Source: the human T2T-CHM13v2.0 reference genome, Homo sapiens. From it: DNA of 64,000 nt. Each line of letters begins with the position of its first letter. Within the stretch, counting starts at the first letter, position 1. The stretch is from NCBI RefSeq assembly GCF_009914755.1, contig NC_060937.1; one strand, given 5' to 3'. The notes under the pieces are model-generated. The model ran no database searches, was not told where the DNA came from, and saw only the letters and a list, made by a program, of their open reading frames with translations. The position numbers and the translations under genes are program-made. Shown here in pieces: positions 33,681 to 64,000 of this stretch.

Positions 33681-35107
33681 TTAATAGCTCTAATGCTTAT
33701 TACCCCTCCCTCACCAACCACTCAGCAGGACAAAGTGGTAAATTCAAATTCAGGCTCTACTCCTTATTCCTCCAGGCAGTTTCATTATCTGAGTACTTGG
33801 CATAATAATATCTTCCTGCTGTGGGGGTCGCCTGAGATAATGATACAGGTGCTTGCCTGTGGAATCAGCCCCAGGCACTGCAGGCCTGTTTGCAGTCCCC
33901 TCTGTATCTCGGGTCTCAAGTTCCCTCTGATGATATTCAAAGAAACTCCACCAGGGCCTTAGGTTCCATCAGGGGCTTCTTCCAGATCATCTTGTATCGG
34001 TAACGCACAATGATTCAGCCACACCCATCCACAAAGGCTCATTACCTCTTGCTTTCAGTAAACCAGGCTGAACACAGGTAAGAATAGGAGAAAAAAGAGG
34101 TCCCAACTCATGCTTCCCTGACCCCTGTATCTCTTCCCTAGGCTTCTGGAGAGCCTGCCCGAGGCAGCTGGCAGCCCTTAGAACATTAGAAGGAGAAAGT
34201 TTTTGGATGCAAAGTATTCGTGAGGAGGGCTCATTGAAAAGAAAAGGCAGCCTATTGAAATTCAAGTTAAGCTTAGACCAGATCCTATGGCTAACTCCCA
34301 TAGGATATCCTCCCGCTATCTCATGTGGGGATAGCCATAGGATCTGGTCTATGCTTGCAGAGCCATACAACCCTCCTCCCCACACCCAGTTGCCCGTAAG
34401 TACAATTTGAGCTCCCCACCCACCATGGTCTGCTGTACATCTTGATACCAGACCTGCCTTTCCTGGAGCTGGCCTCAGATGGATTCAGCTGGATCCAGTC
34501 CAACCAGATTGTAAGCTCTGGCCCTCCAGATAACCTCTGTGGCTTCCTCCAGGCCTCCCACAGTTGGGGCCTCTTGGAATCACAGTTGATAATGTTAGTT
34601 GCCAGCAATCACCCCGATCTCTAAAACTTCATCTCCGTGCTTTCCGTTCCTTTGCCAACCACCTGTTCAGGCTGATGATGACATTTAATGAATCTCCTTC
34701 CTTCCTAGTCTTGATAACAGCACAGGTCCCTCACCATACGAAGAGAAACAGCCTTTCAAGAACCTGCTTTGGAAATTGGCACTCTCGACATACAACTGCA
34801 TTCCTTTCAGCTCACATTACTGCAGCTGCTCCAGTGCCAGCATCTAAACCATCTCATCTTGTGTCCAGTGCAGTGAAATCACCTTGTGGGGAGAGCAGTC
34901 AATGTGTTGGTAGGGACCAAGGGCCGAGCCTACCCCACTGGGAACTGGCTGGGCTGGGCCCTGTGTTTGATAGAAATCCTAACATATTCAGAGCCATAGG
35001 AATTTTCTTTTTTCTTATGCTGATAGTTTACTTCCATACTACTAAAATTTGCAAAACAAAATGCCACAGGCTAGGCTAAATACAGTGCACATTCTATCTC
35101 TCTCTCT

Positions 35108-35497
<390 letters not shown>

Positions 35498-36143
35498 TAA
35501 ATAAATAATCCAAGAAACAGAGCATTTACTTTTTCAGGACCAGATTTATTCATGGTATTGGCTGCTCTTCTGGTAAATGAGCTCGGCTTCCAGGAATCAA
35601 GCCTGCCCACGTAAACATGGCACCCCGACCCCTGAGAATGTTAGCTGGCCACTCCTCACCATATACTCCTGCCATACCACAAGTGGATGGCTAAATGGTT
35701 CACGCCCAAACTGTCATCTATCTAGAAGCTATTACAATCTAGATTTTTAAAGTTACGTATTCTAGATCCACAAAAGGTACAACAGACTAAGTGCACTTAA
35801 GTTTTGCAATTTGTTTCAGCTTGAAGGATTTCCATACGTAATTGCCCACAGTTGTTATGCAGTGTCAGAGAGCTAGCACAAAAGGCGGTCTCCCTGAGAC
35901 ATAAACCAATCTAAACAGAGCTGTCACTATAGTTTTTACACAGATGATGATTCTCCCTTCTGCAAATTTAGGTCATGGTAATCTGTCTGTTACTTTTGAT
36001 CTTCCCATTGAACTATGTTTCTCCATCTTGCTAGTGTCTTCGATCGTTTTCTTTTGTGAAGGGGCAAAAGAAAAGTTATCCAAAAATTCTTTTTCCACTC
36101 TGGTAAAAGTAGTTTTAAGATAATACTAAAAAGTAATGTTTTA

Positions 36144-36157
36144 TCGCCCTCTACTGG
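36144..36157 (-). promoter_or_regulatory. Candidate CTCF site
   Basis: Minus strand CCAGTAGAGGGCGA fits the CTCF core; a CpG is retained in an AT-rich context. Confidence 0.65.
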
Positions 36158-36259
36158 TATATGACATTAATAGCCATTTGCAAAAAAGTTAACTTTTAGA
36201 GAAAAGGTAATAAAATTCAGAAAAGTCAAAAAAAAAAAGAGCCTTTTATGTGCCTTTAA

Positions 36260-40111
<3,852 letters not shown>

Positions 40112-40640
40112 AGAAGAATACTTTTTATGACCAAGCCTATTAAAATGCAAATCATTCCTACTGCATCCCATAGTTTTACTAAAATACCTGTCTCAAAAAA
40201 AGAATAACGAGAGCCTGACACCTATAAGCAACCGCATTAGGGCCTTTGCCGTCTTGTTGAACGGAAGGTAGGGTCTCCTTGTGCTAAAAGCACAACTCCT
40301 ACAGGTGGGAAAAGTTGGAAACCCTGATTTAAAAAGCAGTTGCCCTGGGTTTGTTTCTGTTTTTGTTTTCTGAGTTCCACCACTAACTTACTTAGAGAAA
40401 ACCTATGATTACACAGTTATTCCAGAAGAAATTCACTGATGCTTTCTTATCCCATGTTAAAAACTATGGTAGATACTCGAATGAGAGCTACCATTTAGTC
40501 CATGCTTACCGTGTGCCAGGCACCATTCTAAGTATTTCATTCATATTATCCAACATATCAGAAGTTCTACGTCGCTATCAAATAAGGCAACCAAGGCACA
40601 GAGGTGTTAAATAATTTATGCACAGTAACACAGCAAGTCA

Positions 40641-40898
<258 letters not shown>

Positions 40899-40958
40899 CT
40901 AGGAGGGAAGCCCAGAACAGCCAGCTTAGTCTTGGAGGACAGGAGGACAGGATGGTAA

Positions 40959-41365
<407 letters not shown>

Positions 41366-42283
41366 TCTTTTTTCTTTTTTTGAAATATGGTTTCCCTCTG
41401 TTGCCCAGGCTGGAGTGCAGTGGCATAATCATAGCTCATTGTAACCTTGATGTCCTGCGCTCAAACCATCCTCCTGCATCAGCCTCTCTAAGCGCTGGGA
41501 TTAGAGGCATGAGCCACTATGCCTGGCCCTGAAAGACTTTGTAAATAAAAGGTTATCATTATCGACACTGTATTTTCACAGATCACTCTGGAGAAACTGA
41601 TTTCTGTTGGGTTCTTTCATCCCCACTATTCTTGGGGAAGATACGAAGGTGATGCTTCGGAAGGAGATGCAAAGTGCTCCACATTATCTTCCTGTAGAAC
41701 CACGCTCCAGTAAGTTATGTTTCCATTAGGGAGCCCACTTACCCCAATTCTGGATTTTGCTGGCTGTAGGCTAATAGATGTAGGATGATTTTACAGACTT
41801 GAGTGTGTTGAGCAGGTATGTGCAGGTGTGAGGACAGAGAAGGATCTGGGCTTTGATCCCTTCTGTATCTCTACCTGTGCTGAGGGCAAGATGAGGAAAA
41901 CGGCCTGGGCAGCCCCGGGCTGAGCTATCAGTGGCCCTCAAGTGGAGAATTAAAGAAAACAGAATGGAAATGAGGAAGATTTTTTCAGAACAAGGAAGCA
42001 GACGGAGGTTTTCACCTACTTAGTCTATCATGTTATGATAGATTAATAAAGCCTTATTGTTTTGTTCTGTTTTCATCAAACATTTACTGGCTGTCAGCTC
42101 TGCCAGCCAGCATGCTAGCCACTGAAAATGAATAAGATGCATTTTAAGACTTTGGGACCTCTGCTTTAAAAATAAAAGGAAGCAAGCTCTTGGTTCTATT
42201 CTTCAGGCCACTGATTTGGTGGAGTCAAAAAGCATCACCCCAAGTATCGTTGATTGGAAACTATAACCATAGGTGATGGGTGA

Positions 42284-43834
<1,551 letters not shown>

Positions 43835-43889
43835 CATGTTCTTTAAGCTTTGCATGTAGTGGGTCTTCTATAAATGTTTATTGAATTAG

Positions 43890-47395
<3,506 letters not shown>

Positions 47396-47695
47396 ATAAA
47401 AATGAGTAAGTATGGTGTATTTAAAGACAAAACTCTACTTCGTTCCTCATATATAAGCTTTTTGATCAACAGGAAATTCAGATTTCAGAAACATAGTGGA
47501 ACTCTTGCTTGGAGAATTGAGATGATAAAATGTAAATGAAGCACTCAGCTTTCTGTCTGAATGTTAACTGTAGTTGCTTTTCTTCACTGAGCACCTGCCA
47601 TGTGCAGGCTCAATGTTCTGCTCACTCCTTTTCTCCTCACAGCAAACTGCCATGAGGATTTGCACACCCTTTTTACAGATAAGGGAACTGAAGAT

Positions 47696-51010
<3,315 letters not shown>

Positions 51011-51943
51011 TCATTTTATTGTTATTTTACTGAGGCTTCAGGAAGGAAAGTAGATGGCATGTGTTCAATCTGTTATCTTCTGTCTGGTGTAGATTGCAAT
51101 AATGACATATGTCAAAACATTTTATTATGGAAAATTTCAAATATAAACAAAATACAGAGAATGTTCATGAAACTCTCCCCCCAACACACACACATTACCC
51201 ACCACCCAGCTTTAGCAATTACCAACTCATGGGCAATCTTGTTTCATCCATATTCCTTCCCATTTGCCCCTCCTCCTGGATTATTTTGAAACAAATCCCA
51301 AACATCATGTCATTTCATTTGTAAAACAATAATAGATTTGGAGTGCTTATGTAGCTCCCTCTAGGAAATGAATTTCTAATTAGGGTACTTCAGATACTAA
51401 GTAATCTTCCCTAGAATGTGGGTTTCTAATTAGGGCACTCCAAATGTGAATAGCATCTAGAGTATAGATTAAAGTTAATCTACACACACATACATTACAC
51501 TGGTAATTCTAAAGTACTTTAAAGGAAATCGCCATACAGACAATCTACCACTGTGAAACTCAAAGGTAGAGGAGAATTAGTGGGTCTTGTCTGAGTAGCA
51601 GAAGCTTGAGAGACACGGCGCTCGGGGTTGATGATTTTGTTTTGCTCTTGCGAGAATGGGGGAAGGGAGCTATCAGGAAAAAGAGGTAATTTGTGAAGAA
51701 AGATGAAGACCTTGAGATAATGTTGGACACAACAAGAAACAGACCATTATGAATACATGACTGGGGCTCAGAGAGAGGTCAGGCTGAGTGTTCGCATGTA
51801 AGAGTCATTCTTATGGAAATAAGAATTGAAGCAGGAGCAGAAGTGGTTTCTCCAACTGAGAGTGGGAAAAGAACAGAATAACCAGAGTTTATTTACGTTG
51901 GGGAGAGGAAAAGGTGCCGTTTATCTGACAGAAAGGGAGTTGG

Positions 51944-52587
<644 letters not shown>

Positions 52588-52644
52588 ATTACCTCCTTCA
52601 TCACAGAGAGTGTGGTAGAAAGGGTTGTATGTTACACTCTTGGG

Positions 52645-53156
52645 CAGGGTTCTTAGCCCCTTGCACATGGACTCCCTCGGTAGTTGGGAGAAACCTGTGG
52701 ACTCCCTCTCAGAACAGTGTTCTTAAATGCATAAAATAAAATACATAGGATTACAAAGGATGCCAATTATGTTGAAATACAGTTATCAAAATAGTTTAAC
52801 ATGTGATACAATAATAAATATTATTCTTTGATTGACACATTAAATAACAAGATCTAGTGGCAGGTGTAATAATTACTATAATTTTGAAGTAGTAATGAGC
52901 ATAAATTATATTTTGAGATACGTGCAACAACTCTAATGTGAGATGAAAATAACTGTGACTTCTATGGGTGACAAAGTCATAGGTACTGCTAATACTACTG
53001 TGTTTTGTTGTGTGACTTCATAATGGAAGGAAGTGCTAATTTTCAGTTAGAGGTGAATGGAAATAAGAAAGCATTTTTTTTTCCTATTCAAGTTCACCAA
53101 CCACCTCCCAACCCCCCAAACATCATGGGACCTTCAACCCCAGGTTAAGATTTCTG
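52645..53156 (+). mobile_element. hAT-Charlie non-autonomous DNA transposon (MER119/Charlie7-like)
   Basis: Degenerate TIRs cagggttcttagcc and caggttaagatttctg; internal aaatgcataaaataaaatacataggattacaaagg. Confidence 0.7.
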
Positions 53157-53832
53157 TTCCAGGGTTAGTCGGTCAAATTACTTCATTCATTTAACAACTA
53201 TGTTTTGAATGTCAACCTGGGCTAGACATGGAGAAACGAGAATAAATAAGCTGCAAGGAGCTCATGGTGAAGTTAGGGAGACCAGCACATAAATAGATGC
53301 TCCTTCTTAAGGAGCATCTTAAGCTCCTCTTCCTTCTTAAGCTCCTCTTCCTCTCCCTCTTTCCTAATATCCAAGTCTTGAACACACCATCTTCTTGCCT
53401 CAGGGCCATCCTATGTGCCATAGCTTGCCTTGGATGTCCTCTCCTCACCCCAACACACATACACAATTCACAGAGCTTGTTCCTACTCATCTTTTAGTTA
53501 GTTCACAACTTAAACATCACTTCTTCTAGGAAGACTTCCACAACTCTCCCCCAACTGCGTGATACAGTGGTTCAAAGCACTTAACTAGTCCTTCTTGATG
53601 GACACTTCAATTATCTCCAGTTTTTAATCATTACCAGCAATGCAGTCACACATAGACACACACACACACACACACACCCACACCATTGTATACTTGTACT
53701 TCTATTTCTGATGGAAACTTTTTAGAAGTGGAATTGTTAAGACAAAATAAATGCACATTTTGCATGTCCATCAATACTACCAATTGCTCTCAAATAGGTG
53801 CTATAGAGGATCTGCTTTCTCACACTCTTAAT

Positions 53833-56366
<2,534 letters not shown>

Positions 56367-56429
56367 TCAATGGCCAAACCTGGAACAACTTGAGCAAGAA
56401 AATAATGATAATACTAGATTATATCACCT

Positions 56430-59530
<3,101 letters not shown>

Positions 59531-59724
59531 AATTAAAAATAAGAATAAGCACCATCTGAAGCACTACTTTCATAGCGAGCATTAAAAACCACATCCTGCT
59601 GCTGCTGGCTGTGCTGAGGACTTGAACACCGTTCAGAATTTCCCCTAGCACTGTGCAGCTCTTCATCCAGAACCATGTGTTTTTGCAAAATGCTGAAACT
59701 TTTTAAAAACAATGTACATTCCAC

Positions 59725-63806
<4,082 letters not shown>

Positions 63807-63807
63807 G

Positions 63808-64000
63808 AGGTGGGACGTGGTGGTTCACGCCTGAAATCCCAGCACTTTGGGAGGCCAAGGTGGGCAGATCACAAGGCCAGGAGTTCAAGACCAGCCTGGC
63901 CAACATGGTGAAACCCTGTCTCTACTAAAAATACAAAAATTAGCTGGGCATGGTGGCGCGTTCCTTTAATCCCAGGTACTCGGGAGGCTGAGGCAGGAGA
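63808..64000 (+). mobile_element. Alu, running off the window end
   Basis: Alu consensus. Confidence 0.9.

Noticed and set aside
33693-35079. Cluster of ORFs in unique sequence suggesting a processed pseudogene
   Set aside because: No recognisable protein in the frames I read, and no poly(A) tail or TSD. A tblastx or Dfam search would settle it.

Overview
Human genomic DNA (an AluYa5 is present) containing the 5' end of FOXO1 (13q14) on the minus strand. Positions 1-18561 are the proximal part of intron 1. Coding exon 1 is 18562-19191 (codons 1-210, ending inside the forkhead domain), followed by a ~0.4 kb 5' UTR and a CpG-island promoter (~17.3-20.7 kb). The remaining ~44 kb is upstream intergenic DNA, very dense in Alus, with two fragmented L1s, MER41A, MER34/39-like, MLT1B and MST LTR elements, and a hAT-Charlie element. 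Nearly all ORFs in the supplied track are Alu, L1 or GC-rich artefacts. I found no new protein-coding system. The best leads are a pri-miRNA-sized hairpin at 34269-34356, an inverted pair of near-identical AluYd-type elements, a recurring set of short inverted-plus-direct duplications suggesting template switching, an Alu whose poly(A) tail is replaced by a G-rich tract, and candidate regulatory motif clusters. Repeat subfamily names are recalled from consensus sequences and repeat boundaries are approximate unless a TSD is cited.
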